From IMG/VR virus record IMGVR_UViG_3300029033_000243, positions 1 to 25,616 of that record: a DNA stretch of 25,616 nt. One strand, given 5' to 3'. The notes beneath the pieces were generated by a model, which was not told the DNA's origin, ran no database searches, and worked only from the letters and a program-made list of their open reading frames with translations. A program made the translations under genes and the position numbers. The stretch comes from a virus. Taxonomy: Duplodnaviria > Heunggongvirae > Uroviricota > Caudoviricetes. Positions 17,083 through 25,616 of the stretch are shown one piece after another. Within the stretch, counting starts at the first letter, position 1. Each line of letters starts with the position of its first letter.

Positions 17083-17271
17083 TCAGCTGATGACATCCAT
17101 TGAGCGGTTGTATTCGTGGCTTCTGATTTTTGCCATGAGTTCATCAGTCAATTCAGAAACCCACTGCAGAGCCAGCCCCTTCTCTTCATCACTACACTCA
17201 CTAGCCGCTACAAGCTTAAGAAAAAAATCAATGCGCTGGAGCTTCAAAGACTCCAAAAAATAGTCCTGCAT
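17083..17271 (-). CDS. small ORF (62 aa) preceding the DinI-like domain; possibly the N-terminal part of a Tum-like antirepressor
   Basis: ATG with AGGAGG 4 nt upstream; LexA box about 40-60 nt upstream; its 3' end overlaps the DinI-like frame. Confidence 0.5.
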   Translation of the reverse strand: MQDYFLESLKLQRIDFFLKLVAASECSDEEKGLALQWVSELTDELMAKIRSHEYNRSMDVIS

Positions 17272-17311
17272 CTTTCCTCCTATGACACCAAAACAATACT
17301 GTATACATAAC

Positions 17312-17331
17312 CACTGTTTATATTTACAGTA
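17312..17331 (-). promoter_or_regulatory. LexA (SOS) box upstream of the Tum/DinI-like operon
   Basis: cACTGTttatatttACAGTa; core CTGT-N8-ACAG at 17314-17329, matching the E. coli SOS-box consensus TACTGTATATATATACAGTA at most positions. Confidence 0.6.
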
Positions 17332-17423
17332 TATAATAATCTTACTGATGTAAAACGTTTTTTTACGTTCATCGGCCTGATATGCCTGGTATTATTAAGA
17401 GCACGAATTGTTAACCCGCGTAA

Positions 17424-19844
17424 TTAATACAGGTTCCGCCACTTATCATCTTCCTTCAGACGTTGGTTCCGATAGAAGATACGCAGGCCTGCTCCTGACG
17501 GAATACTGCCGCCGCGAAGGAGCAAATCGACTTCTTTCTCGCTGCCATCAAATCCCCTGGACTTCAGTTCATAGACGAGCTGCTGTCGCTGATGGTCTGT
17601 AATTCGCTGTTTGTAGTCTTTACGCCGTTTCGGTTTCACCTGGCGTAACCTTGCAGCCAGTTCCCGGCGCTCTTTTTTGCTCATACTGTGCAGGTAATCG
17701 TGCAACTCCTTGTCATTCATACGGGTAATATCCGTTCTGGAGTCCCCATCAGCTGATTTGTCTTTCCCTTGTTGGTTCAAATTTTCAGCAAGGGGACAGT
17801 TATTGCCACGAGTCCGAGTCCAAGGGGCGCAAGCGCCCTGGTCGGCTGCCGCCTCCTGAACGTCAACGGCTTTACGAACCATTTTCCACTTCACTGCATG
17901 AGTGCAGATCTTGCCCTCTGCAATGGGTGACCAGATGCCATAAATACGAATACCGTGATCGCCATAGGCGGTCGGCTCTTCGTTGATTTCATAAGCGGTT
18001 CTGATGAGGTGATATTTACGGGGAACCAGTACGCCGCCCTGCTTCATGATATAGGTGGCAAAACAACCAGCATCAGCAGCAGCCAGAATGGCATCAAGGC
18101 GCGGGTTATCCAGTACCGGCGCACCTGCTTTTTTGTCATCCTGCTGCCTTGCCGCCTGACCAGCCAGCAATCGCAGTTCACGGTAAGCCTGACGCCCCGG
18201 AATGCCAAAGAAGCGGAATTGCTGAACACGATGCAGAGACGCCCAGGCATTAACGTATTCAGCGTTATCACGCAGAGTTTTACCCGTTTCCTTGCTGATC
18301 TCGCCAGCCAGACCACGCCCGTCAATATTCTTACTGATATATTTCGCGATGTAGCTTGTCGGCGTTCCTTTGCGCGGATTAATCAGCTCAGACTGAAAGC
18401 GCGGCCCCGTGTTATTGCCCAGCTCCTCGCGGTCTTCACGGATGGCAAAGTTACGCAGTAATGCAGTGATGGCGCGGCGGTCTTTTTTGCGCATAAAACA
18501 CAACAGGTGCCAGTGAACTGTACCGTCATGATGCGGCTCAGCCACCCGCACGCCATACCACCGCAATCCGGCTTTGTGCATTGCCTTACGAAATGCAGCA
18601 AACATGCCGACCAGATAATCACTGCTTTGTCTTACCGTCGCATTTGTCCAGGTCGGGTTGGGCCTGCCGTTATTTAGCGTGGAATGGAAACGTGACGGAC
18701 AGGTGATGGTGTAGAAAACGGCGCAGTCACCGCGCATTTCCGCGATAAGCTCCAGACCTTTAACACAGGCCATCATCTCATTGCGGCGATGCGCAGGGTT
18801 GCTGCTGCTGGCGTTTACCACATCCTCCATGTCCAGCGTGTCGCCGTCTTCGTTCACCAGTTCATGAGAACGGAAAAACTCCAGCGACTTACGGCGCTGC
18901 TCACGTTTATGCATCACGGCTTCATAGCTGACATAGGGAGATGCTTTTTTGCTGACAAGGCAGACAGCACGCAACTGCTCTTCCCGCCATTCGCAACGCA
19001 TCTTCCATAATTTCCGATACCACCAGTCGGCGCACAACATACGCGCCAGCGAACCCGGAATGAGTTCATAGGGCACGGGTTTACGGCGGTTTCTTTTCCG
19101 GCGGAGTTGCTCAAACGCAGGTGGGATGACATCCAGTCGCAGGGTTTCTGCTGCCACCCTTTCCCATGTCTTGCGGATTTCTTCTGGCTTAACGTCATCG
19201 GTGGCATACAAATCGCCACAAGCTGCATCAAGGCACATGCTCATATGCGCAGCTACCAGGGTGGACAGGCGTTTCACCTGATCCTGACTCATTTCAGGCA
19301 GGATCAGCAGGCCGTCCAGCCCTTCATGGCTCGCCATAAAGCGAAAAGAAGTGGATAGCTGACTGTCGCGTACATGCTCCAGCCGTTCCAGACATGGCTT
19401 AATCGTCTCACGCAAATAGCGGGAATAAGCCTTTGGCCTGCCCAGGCTGCTGAAGTATTCAATACGTTGCATCAGCGGCTTGCTGATATGGGAAGGCTGG
19501 GCGTTGACGTCAGCCAGAATGACCATGTCTGGATTAAAACGCTGCTGCTCATGCGCCAGCTTTGCCCGGCTAATGAGCTTATCCTGCTCCATTTCGCGCT
19601 GGACAGGATCACGGGATTCATTAAAGAAATAACGCTCCCAGACCTGCTCACTCAGTGCCTCGCGGCGCAGTTGTTCCTGCTCGTTATCGGCAGCATACAG
19701 AGTGATCAGGTTTGAAAGTGCAGACTCCGGCGCAACTTCCGCCGGGTCCAGATAAGGGTTAATGGCCTTTTTCGGGCCGTTCCATGAAAATGATGCGGCG
19801 GCCTCGTTAAAGCCGCTAGAGTTGCTCATATCGTCATGACTCAT
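17424..19844 (-). CDS. A: replication initiation protein gpA (rolling-circle endonuclease)
   Basis: 806 aa; HUH-type motif [11 protein letters not shown]2/186 gpA-like; start overlaps the Dam stop (ATGA). Confidence 0.85.
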   Translation of the reverse strand: MSHDDMSNSSGFNEAAASFSWNGPKKAINPYLDPAEVAPESALSNLITLYAADNEQEQLRREALSEQVWERYFFNESRDPVQREMEQDKLISRAKLAHEQQRFNPDMVILADVNAQPSHISKPLMQRIEYFSSLGRPKAYSRYLRETIKPCLERLEHVRDSQLSTSFRFMASHEGLDGLLILPEMSQDQVKRLSTLVAAHMSMCLDAACGDLYATDDVKPEEIRKTWERVAAETLRLDVIPPAFEQLRRKRNRRKPVPYELIPGSLARMLCADWWYRKLWKMRCEWREEQLRAVCLVSKKASPYVSYEAVMHKREQRRKSLEFFRSHELVNEDGDTLDMEDVVNASSSNPAHRRNEMMACVKGLELIAEMRGDCAVFYTITCPSRFHSTLNNGRPNPTWTNATVRQSSDYLVGMFAAFRKAMHKAGLRWYGVRVAEPHHDGTVHWHLLCFMRKKDRRAITALLRNFAIREDREELGNNTGPRFQSELINPRKGTPTSYIAKYISKNIDGRGLAGEISKETGKTLRDNAEYVNAWASLHRVQQFRFFGIPGRQAYRELRLLAGQAARQQDDKKAGAPVLDNPRLDAILAAADAGCFATYIMKQGGVLVPRKYHLIRTAYEINEEPTAYGDHGIRIYGIWSPIAEGKICTHAVKWKMVRKAVDVQEAAADQGACAPWTRTRGNNCPLAENLNQQGKDKSADGDSRTDITRMNDKELHDYLHSMSKKERRELAARLRQVKPKRRKDYKQRITDHQRQQLVYELKSRGFDGSEKEVDLLLRGGSIPSGAGLRIFYRNQRLKEDDKWRNLY

Positions 19845-20698
19845 ACACGCACCTCGTACACAGCAGAACTATCTACGCCACGCGAAGGATCAAATCCCAC
19901 CCAGCAGCGCGCCCCGGAAACAGCAATGATTTCTGTTGCAGATTTACTCTCGCCAGCCGACACGCCGATGCTGCGTTTTGCCTTGATGTAGTGGTGAGTG
20001 AAATTGCGATACAGCGAACGAATCAGGGATGTGTCACTGTTAGAAACAATGACCGGATGACCTTCAGATGATCGATGTTCAAGAACGGATGCCAGGTGAT
20101 ACTGGTCATCCTCAGTGAAGCCATCAGTGTGATAGCCGGAAAACGTACCGTAATAAGGCGGATCGCAATACACCACATCCCCCGCCTTCAACATCGCCAG
20201 CGTTTCATCAAAGCTGGCGCAGATAAACGTTGCTCGCTGGGCTTTTTCTGCAAATTTGCGAATTTCTTTTTCAGGGAAATACGGATTTTTATAATTCCCA
20301 TAGGGAATGTTGAAATGCCCGCTCTTGTTATAGCGACATAACCCACGGTAACCATGACGATTGAGATACAGGAAATATACCGCTTTCATGAAATCAGTAA
20401 TTTCAGTGGAGTAATTAAACTCCTGCCTTATGTTGTAATAAGCCACCTCCCTGTTTGCTTCCTCAAATAAAGCTCTGGCACGAGATATAAACGCCTCGCA
20501 ATCAGCAGCAACCTTTTTATAGAGGTTGATTAAATCAGGATTAATATCCGCAACAAGATAGCTGGGGTAATCCGTCTCTATCATCACAGCACAAGAACCC
20601 GCGAAAGGTTCAACCAGTCGCGAGCCAGCAGGAAGGTATTTTTTCAGTTCTGGCATAATGGCGGTTTTATTACCCGCCCATTTCAGGATGGTGCTCAT
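19841..20698 (-). CDS. dam: DNA adenine methyltransferase (Dam family, GATC-type), orphan
   Basis: Start placed at internal Met ([11 protein letters not shown]...), aligning with E. coli Dam; DPPY motif (VVYCDPPYY); [16 protein letters not shown] region; no adjacent restriction endonuclease. ORF-track frame extends to 20758. Confidence 0.8.
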   Translation of the reverse strand: MSTILKWAGNKTAIMPELKKYLPAGSRLVEPFAGSCAVMIETDYPSYLVADINPDLINLYKKVAADCEAFISRARALFEEANREVAYYNIRQEFNYSTEITDFMKAVYFLYLNRHGYRGLCRYNKSGHFNIPYGNYKNPYFPEKEIRKFAEKAQRATFICASFDETLAMLKAGDVVYCDPPYYGTFSGYHTDGFTEDDQYHLASVLEHRSSEGHPVIVSNSDTSLIRSLYRNFTHHYIKAKRSIGVSAGESKSATEIIAVSGARCWVGFDPSRGVDSSAVYEVRV

Positions 20699-20922
20699 AC
20701 AGCACCTCCGTTGTAATGTTTGCCTTTCAGCTCTGCGATTTCCTGACAGGTAATGCAAAGCTGCACACCCGGAATGGCGCGACGTCGTGCTGGCGGAATT
20801 GGTGCTTCACACTCAATGCAAAGCACGCGGGACACGCCCGGCGTTTTGGCGCGGGCAGTACGGATATGACGCTGGCGTTCTTCTTCAACGCGCTGCTGTA
20901 CGAGATCCATTGCATCAGCCAT
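20695..20922 (-). CDS. TraR/DksA-family C4 zinc-finger protein
   Basis: 75 aa; CIECEAPIPPARRRAIPGVQLCITCQ four-Cys finger typical of phage/plasmid TraR homologues. Confidence 0.7.
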   Translation of the reverse strand: MADAMDLVQQRVEEERQRHIRTARAKTPGVSRVLCIECEAPIPPARRRAIPGVQLCITCQEIAELKGKHYNGGAV

Positions 20923-21161
20923 CAGTGGATCTCCTGCGCTTCGTTCTGGATTGCTTCAGCAGTCACACGCAGCAGTTCTGCTGCTTCGACGTGGTTTAGC
21001 TGGCGGGATGTGATATGACACGCCAGGCTATCAAGGCGAGCTGCCATTGCTTCAGCCCTTGCCCGGCGTTCTTCCAGACGAGCCTCTGTCAGTAAAATAT
21101 TAAGCCCTGCATCATCCGGTCCGGTTTTAGTCGTGAGGGTTTCAATATTACGCATAATCAA
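20922..21161 (-). CDS. hypothetical early-region protein (79 aa)
   Basis: Position between B and A where P2 has small orf80-83 genes; stop overlaps the TraR start. Confidence 0.45.
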   Translation of the reverse strand: MIMRNIETLTTKTGPDDAGLNILLTEARLEERRARAEAMAARLDSLACHITSRQLNHVEAAELLRVTAEAIQNEAQEIH

Positions 21162-21222
21162 TTCTCCTGAATTTAGATAAAGGGATGCCCGGCGGGTTTA
21201 CGCCATGAATTTCATTAGTTGG

Positions 21223-21564
21223 TTAATTCGGCATGGTTAGCCGTCTGGGAAATAAGCTCACCACTGCACGAAAATGATTCATTGCTTTAATCAGCTCCCG
21301 CTTTTCGTCAGTGGTCAGCTCATTAATGCTGATGCTATGACGTTCAGCTGGGATTTTTGCCATAAAGAATATGGCAGCCAGTGCCCGTTTATTTTGTTCA
21401 TTATTGATATCCCGTGGATCACGCATATCTTTAATAAACCGCTCAAGCTCTGACTCAATATTCAGGCCAAATACTTTCGCCCTTAATTCCGCAATGTGAT
21501 TAAGTCCGTTCAGGCGTTCACCGGGGCTTAATGGAACAGTCGCCGCAGCGCCTTCAATAGCCAT
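21223..21564 (-). CDS. hypothetical early-region protein (113 aa)
   Basis: ORF in the expected orientation within the early operon; no recognisable motif. Confidence 0.4.
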   Translation of the reverse strand: MAIEGAAATVPLSPGERLNGLNHIAELRAKVFGLNIESELERFIKDMRDPRDINNEQNKRALAAIFFMAKIPAERHSISINELTTDEKRELIKAMNHFRAVVSLFPRRLTMPN

Positions 21565-21728
21565 TTGTTCCCCTGTTTTTTCGTAGATAGTTCTGCCAGC
21601 AATTCATCTTGTGAACGGCACGGATGCCAGCGTTTACCATCCTCACCCATGATCCAGCCGTGACCGTAGTGCATTGCCGGACTTTGTTTTACCAGCAGCG
21701 ATGCAAATGATGGTTCTTTCGTCAGCAT
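21528..21728 (-). CDS. hypothetical small protein (start at internal Met of the 76-aa ORF)
   Basis: Frame 21528..21758; start set at MLTKEPSF to avoid overlap with the B stop; overlaps the next ORF by 37 nt. Confidence 0.3.
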   Translation of the reverse strand: MLTKEPSFASLLVKQSPAMHYGHGWIMGEDGKRWHPCRSQDELLAELSTKKQGNKWLLKALRRLFH

Positions 21729-21735
21729 AAGCACC

Positions 21736-22245
21736 TCACAGCAAACCGAATGAAGCACCGAGGCCAGTCACGGTATCAACTGCACTCGCCATCGCAGGAT
21801 TAGCCTGTAAACGGGCCTGCAATGAAACAGCGGCCAGCGCCATCAGTCGTGTTACAGAGTTAATGCTGCTGATAGCATCACGACGACCTGCACTGGTTTT
21901 TACATCGCCAGATACCGCACCTGCTGCAACACGCCCGATCTCTGCGGTTGCACTCATGACGTAATGTGGCAGTTTCTCTTTTGCCACCTCATTAATCGGT
22001 ACGCATGGCAGGCAGTAAATCTGAGCCAGAAAACCATCTACTAGCGTTGAATCTTCAGTCAGATCGGTAAGCAACCAGATTTCTGGTGCGGTTAATAAAT
22101 GAGGTTGAGCTGGGTTCAGCTTGTTCCGCAGAATCTGCACATTCATGCCTGCACGTTCTGCCAGTTGCACCAGGTTGTGGCGCAGTGCGAATGCACGACA
22201 GGCTTCATCAAAATGTGGATGTTTGGAAACTTGGTAATCAAACAT
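21736..22245 (-). CDS. B: replication protein gpB
   Basis: Internal Met [33 protein letters not shown]... matches my recollection of the P2 gpB N-terminus; ORF-track frame extends to 22299. Confidence 0.8.
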   Translation of the reverse strand: MFDYQVSKHPHFDEACRAFALRHNLVQLAERAGMNVQILRNKLNPAQPHLLTAPEIWLLTDLTEDSTLVDGFLAQIYCLPCVPINEVAKEKLPHYVMSATAEIGRVAAGAVSGDVKTSAGRRDAISSINSVTRLMALAAVSLQARLQANPAMASAVDTVTGLGASFGLL

Positions 22246-22277
22246 AGTCGACACCCCTGATGTATCCCAAAATGGAA

Positions 22278-22499
22278 CTAGTTGAACACAACATTGCAAT
22301 CAGTAAGTGCATCAACGGTAAGAGCAGCAAGGTTGATCATTACCTTTTCTCTTTTTTTGTCTTTACGAAGACGATGCCGAGGGATGCGACCATCTGCCAG
22401 CATATCGTTGATTGTGTCGATTGAAAGACCAGTAAGTTCGCTATAACGCTCGATTGTGACATGTGGCGTATTCAGAGTTATTGAAATGTTAGGGGTCAT
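22278..22499 (-). CDS. Cox/Apl-like excisionase-regulator (small HTH protein), first lytic gene
   Basis: 73 aa; divergent from the repressor gene across an 88-bp switch region; HTH-like [18 protein letters not shown]. Assignment is positional; sequence similarity to P2 Cox was not recognised. Confidence 0.5.
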   Translation of the reverse strand: MTPNISITLNTPHVTIERYSELTGLSIDTINDMLADGRIPRHRLRKDKKREKVMINLAALTVDALTDCNVVFN

Positions 22500-22587
22500 G
22501 ATGCAACATCTCCTATTGGCTTGTGGTGAGTCAGTTTTAATCGTGACTTAAACTTCACATTACGGAGAATAGGATCGCAATTCGGTT
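22500..22587. promoter_or_regulatory. immunity switch region (divergent lytic/lysogenic promoters and operators)
   Basis: Intergenic between divergent Cox-like and CI-like genes, as in P2 (Pe/Pc) and 186 (pR/pL); individual hexamers not confidently assigned. Confidence 0.5.
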
Positions 22588-23514
22588 ATGTCAACACACG
22601 AAATCACATTTCGCCATGTGGACGAAAAAAAGAAATCCTTAATCATGCAGAATCGCGGAGGGCAAGCAGTCATCGAGCGGATATTAGAAGCGTATGGTTT
22701 TTCTTCACGCCAAGCATTCTGCAATCATCTGGGGATATCACAGAGCACAATGGCGAACAGGTATGCGCGTGACACTTTCCCAGCTGACTGGGTTGTTATC
22801 TGTAGTATGGAAACTGGTGTATCGATTGAGTGGTTAGCATTTGGTACTGATACCGAAATGGAAAGCTTTGCAGATAAAAGTCACGACAATTGTAACAGTG
22901 AATCTCGGCACCTCAACAGAGAACCTAAAAACCCAAATGAGAACACTGTTACTATAAATCAAAACGGAAAAGCAGCAATAGAGCGAATCGTTGCAGCCTA
23001 TGGATTTAAGACAAGACAAGCTTTAGCTGATCATTTGGGTATTTCAAAAAGCACACTAGCTAATCGTTATATGAGGGATACATTTCCAGCCGATTGGATT
23101 ATCCAATGCGCACTTGAAACTGGTATATCACTAGATTGGCTCGTTACTGGAAAAGGCTCAAAATCGAACGATGTAAATACTGATGTAGCAAAGTTATTAG
23201 CATATAAGCTAATAAATGGTAAGTTAATAGATGCGGACTATATCCACTTTGATAAATCTTTAATACCACACAACCTTATAAATCCGCAGGTTGTGATCGA
23301 TAGCGAAAATGTTTTCGTAGTAGACTATGGATATAAAGAAATATCTGATGGTGAATGGTTAGTAGAAATTGAAGGCAAAATAAATATTAGAACATTGGTC
23401 CGCATACCCGTAGGAAAAGTTAAAGTAATATCTACTCATGCTGATTTCATATGTGACATTGAGAATATAAAACTTTTAGCAAAATGCCACTGTGCTTTCA
23501 TTAAAAACATTTAA
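22588..23514 (+). CDS. CI-like immunity repressor with tandemly duplicated N-terminal DNA-binding domain
   Basis: 308 aa; two ~63-aa segments (res ~24-86 and ~126-188) share IERI..AYGF..RQA...HLGIS.ST.ANRY.RDTFPADW...ETG.S..WL..G, resembling the 186 CI-type N-terminal domain; followed by an AT-rich C-terminal domain. Confidence 0.7.
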   Translation: MSTHEITFRHVDEKKKSLIMQNRGGQAVIERILEAYGFSSRQAFCNHLGISQSTMANRYARDTFPADWVVICSMETGVSIEWLAFGTDTEMESFADKSHDNCNSESRHLNREPKNPNENTVTINQNGKAAIERIVAAYGFKTRQALADHLGISKSTLANRYMRDTFPADWIIQCALETGISLDWLVTGKGSKSNDVNTDVAKLLAYKLINGKLIDADYIHFDKSLIPHNLINPQVVIDSENVFVVDYGYKEISDGEWLVEIEGKINIRTLVRIPVGKVKVISTHADFICDIENIKLLAKCHCAFIKNI

Positions 23515-23526
23515 TTTGGACTTATC

Positions 23527-24498
23527 ATGGACTCTAAAGAACACAAAAAAGAAACAATACAAAACAGCATCACAAAATCAGAGTTTAAAAAATACGTTGA
23601 TTTTATACATGATGATTCTATTCCACTTCCTGAACATGAACGCACATATCTAAAGAACTTGTTGAAAAATGGTGAAATTGAAGAATTCAAGGATCAATAT
23701 AGACGCCATCTCCAAAACTTAGATAGAGTCGGCTTTAGCGACGAAGATATTGAATTACAACTTAACGTGTTAAAAAAAGATAATAATGAATTCAGAAACT
23801 TATTACGTTTTTATACAGCTCGCTTATCTGATTTGCAAGAAAGCAACACCTCATTATCATTAAAAAACAAAGAGTTAGAAAATTTAAACATAGAAAAAGA
23901 ATCTTTACTTGAGCAAACTTTTTCTAGGATAAAAGAGTTAGAGGCTTCAAATAACGAATTAACCAGTCGAGCACATCAAGAGAGAATTGATCAAAAAATT
24001 CCCGAATATGTCAATAGTGTAAAAGATGATTTAGGTGATGATGATGATCACTTTATTTCACTCGCCAAAACATGGGCTATTGCTGGTGCAATAGCCGGTC
24101 TTTCCGCTGTCATTTTTTCGTTCATATCATTATATTTTGTTACTGATTTCATAAATGCTAAAGGATTTGAACTATTTTATCTATTCACCAGAGGCCTGAT
24201 TGGAATTTCCATTTTATCATGGCTTTCTTATATCTGTCTGAGTATCTCCAAAAAGTATACTCATGAGTCCATTCGCAGAAAAGACAGAAGGCATGCCTTA
24301 ATGTTTGGTCAAGTCTTCCTACAAATTTACGGTTCGACTGCGACCAAAGAAGATGCTATTCAGGTATTTAAGGACTGGAACATGTCTGGAGATTCTGCTT
24401 TTTCTGATCAAATGGATTATCCGCCAAGTTTCCAAACGCTATGGTCTACCGCGAAAGAAAAAATCAAACCTTCTCATTCAGAAAAATCCTCCGATTAA
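23527..24498 (+). CDS. AT-rich cargo gene: 323-aa coiled-coil protein with two C-terminal transmembrane helices (candidate superinfection-exclusion/abortive-infection protein)
   Basis: Between repressor and integrase, same strand; heptad-like region (LSDLQESNTSLSLKNKELENLNIEKESLLEQ...); hydrophobic helices WAIAGAIAGLSAVIFSFISLYFV and LIGISILSWLSYICLSI; AT-rich. Confidence 0.65.
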   Translation: MDSKEHKKETIQNSITKSEFKKYVDFIHDDSIPLPEHERTYLKNLLKNGEIEEFKDQYRRHLQNLDRVGFSDEDIELQLNVLKKDNNEFRNLLRFYTARLSDLQESNTSLSLKNKELENLNIEKESLLEQTFSRIKELEASNNELTSRAHQERIDQKIPEYVNSVKDDLGDDDDHFISLAKTWAIAGAIAGLSAVIFSFISLYFVTDFINAKGFELFYLFTRGLIGISILSWLSYICLSISKKYTHESIRRKDRRHALMFGQVFLQIYGSTATKEDAIQVFKDWNMSGDSAFSDQMDYPPSFQTLWSTAKEKIKPSHSEKSSD

Positions 24499-24531
24499 AT
24501 AAGTGATGTATATAAAATACATAAACATACA

Positions 24532-24559
24532 TTGACACTGGTTATGCATACAGTAAAAA
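24532..24559 (+). promoter_or_regulatory. putative sigma70 promoter upstream of int
   Basis: TTGACA (24532-24537), 16-nt spacer, TAAAAA (24554-24559); GGAGG upstream of the int ATG. Confidence 0.3.
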
Positions 24560-24584
24560 TGCTCTCTATTGGAGGGCATTTTTT

Positions 24585-25616
24585 ATGGCTGTACGAAAAC
24601 TCACCACAGGAAAATGGCTTTGCGAATGTTACCCCGCCGGACGTAGTGGGCGTCGTGTGCGTAAACAATTCGCCACCAAAGGCGAAGCACTGGCTTTTGA
24701 GCGTCACACGATGGAAGAAACCGAAGCAAAGCCCTGGCTGGGTGAATCAGTGGATCGTCGAACACTGAAAGACGTGGTTGAGCTATGGTTCAAACTACAT
24801 GGTAAATCACTGACTGCTGGGCAGCATGTCTATGACAAATTGCTGCTGATGGTTGACGCTCTGGGCAATCCCCTTGCAACTGATCTAACCTCTAAAATGT
24901 TTGCCCACTATCGAGATAAACGCCTGACAGGTGAGATCTACTTCAGCGAGAAATGGAAGAAAGGAGCAAGCCCGGTCACCATTAACCTAGAGCAAAGCTA
25001 TCTAAGTAGTGTTTTTAGCGAACTATCCCGCCTGGGCGAATGGTCGTATCCGAACCCACTGGAGAACATGCGAAAATTCACCATCGCAGAAAAAGAGATG
25101 GCATGGCTTACCCATGAGCAGATTGTTGAACTGCTGGCTGATTGCAAACGTCAGGACCCAATTCTGACACTGGTAGTCAAGATATGCCTAAGCACAGGCG
25201 CACGCTGGCGAGAAGCAATAAATCTTACCCGCTCGCAAGTGACCAAATACCGAATTACCTTTGTAAGAACGAAGGGGAAGAAAAACAGAAGCATCCCTAT
25301 CAGTAAAGAGCTTTACGAAGAGATCATGGCGCTTGATGGGTTCAATTTCTTTACAGACTGCTATTTTCAATTTTTATCCGTGATGGAAAAAACGTCTATC
25401 GTGCTCCCTCGCGGTCAACTGACACACGTTCTGCGCCATACGTTTGCGGCGCATTTCATGATGTCGGGTGGAAATATCCTTGCTTTGCAAAAAATCCTCG
25501 GACATCACGACATAAAAATGACTATGCGTTACGCACATCTGGCACCGGATCACCTGGAAACTGCATTACGGTTTAATCCGCTGGCAACACTACCAACATC
25601 AATAGCAATTTTTTGA
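24585..25616 (+). CDS. int: tyrosine integrase (P2-type)
   Basis: 343 aa; C-terminal catalytic region with LRHTFAAHFMM and HHDIKMTMRYAHL (conserved R, H-x-x-R, Y); stop codon is the last three bases of the window. Confidence 0.9.
   Translation: MAVRKLTTGKWLCECYPAGRSGRRVRKQFATKGEALAFERHTMEETEAKPWLGESVDRRTLKDVVELWFKLHGKSLTAGQHVYDKLLLMVDALGNPLATDLTSKMFAHYRDKRLTGEIYFSEKWKKGASPVTINLEQSYLSSVFSELSRLGEWSYPNPLENMRKFTIAEKEMAWLTHEQIVELLADCKRQDPILTLVVKICLSTGARWREAINLTRSQVTKYRITFVRTKGKKNRSIPISKELYEEIMALDGFNFFTDCYFQFLSVMEKTSIVLPRGQLTHVLRHTFAAHFMMSGGNILALQKILGHHDIKMTMRYAHLAPDHLETALRFNPLATLPTSIAIF

Larger units (their letters stand above)
1..25616. mobile_element. P2/186-like (Peduovirus-type) prophage segment, partial: tail fibre through integrase
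   Basis: Complete P2-type gene order recognisable from translations (H I J W V / S R lysC lysB K X L M N O / P Q / cos / A ... B cox-like | C-like int); three AT-rich cargo islands interrupt a ~55% GC backbone. H is truncated by the window start; the att site is not visible. Confidence 0.9.

Noticed and set aside
16839-17144. Full 101-aa ORF as the DinI-like gene
   Set aside because: DinI-family homology begins at the internal MRIE; the first 24 codons overlap the preceding ORF in another frame. Either the start is internal or the two frames belong to one Tum-like gene (see finding).
17351-17377. AAAACGTTTTT palindrome downstream of gene A as a terminator
   Set aside because: Stem is only about 5 bp and AT-rich; not convincing as an intrinsic terminator.
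1-25616. CRISPR arrays, tRNA/tmRNA genes, IS elements or an att core
   Set aside because: No spaced direct-repeat arrays, no cloverleaf-like structured regions and no transposase-like ORFs were recognised; the window ends at the integrase stop codon, so any tRNA or att site would lie outside it.

Overview
The window is a nearly contiguous segment of a P2/186-like (Peduovirus-type) temperate prophage in a ~55% GC enterobacterial-type background, read here with most structural genes on the minus strand. Left to right: tail fibre H (5' part only; gene runs off the window start), baseplate I-J-W-V, an AT-rich cargo gene (481 aa, plus strand) at the S/V junction, tail completion S-R, a lysis cassette (LysC nested in LysB, SAR-type endolysin, small 2-TM holin), X, L, M (small terminase), N (major capsid), O (scaffold), then divergently P (large terminase) and Q (portal). 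Downstream of Q sits a second AT-rich island carrying a translationally coupled two-gene minus-strand operon: an ABC/AAA_21-type ATPase followed by a SIR2-like protein whose reading frame is interrupted by a single in-frame TAG. Next come a cos-like sequence, a very acidic 111-aa ORF, a LexA-box-controlled Tum/DinI-like module, replication gene A, an orphan Dam methyltransferase, a TraR-type zinc finger, small early ORFs, B, a Cox/Apl-like gene, the divergent immunity switch, a CI-like repressor with a tandemly duplicated DNA-binding domain, a third AT-rich cargo gene (323 aa, coiled-coil plus 2 TM) and the integrase, which ends exactly at the window end. The strongest candidates for an undescribed function are the ATPase-SIR2 operon, the 481-aa protein with a C-terminal HEPN-like Rx4H motif, and the membrane protein between repressor and integrase. 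All protein assignments are from my own reading of the translations (motifs, recalled family similarity, synteny with P2/186); no database search was run. No tRNA, rRNA, CRISPR array or IS element was recognised.
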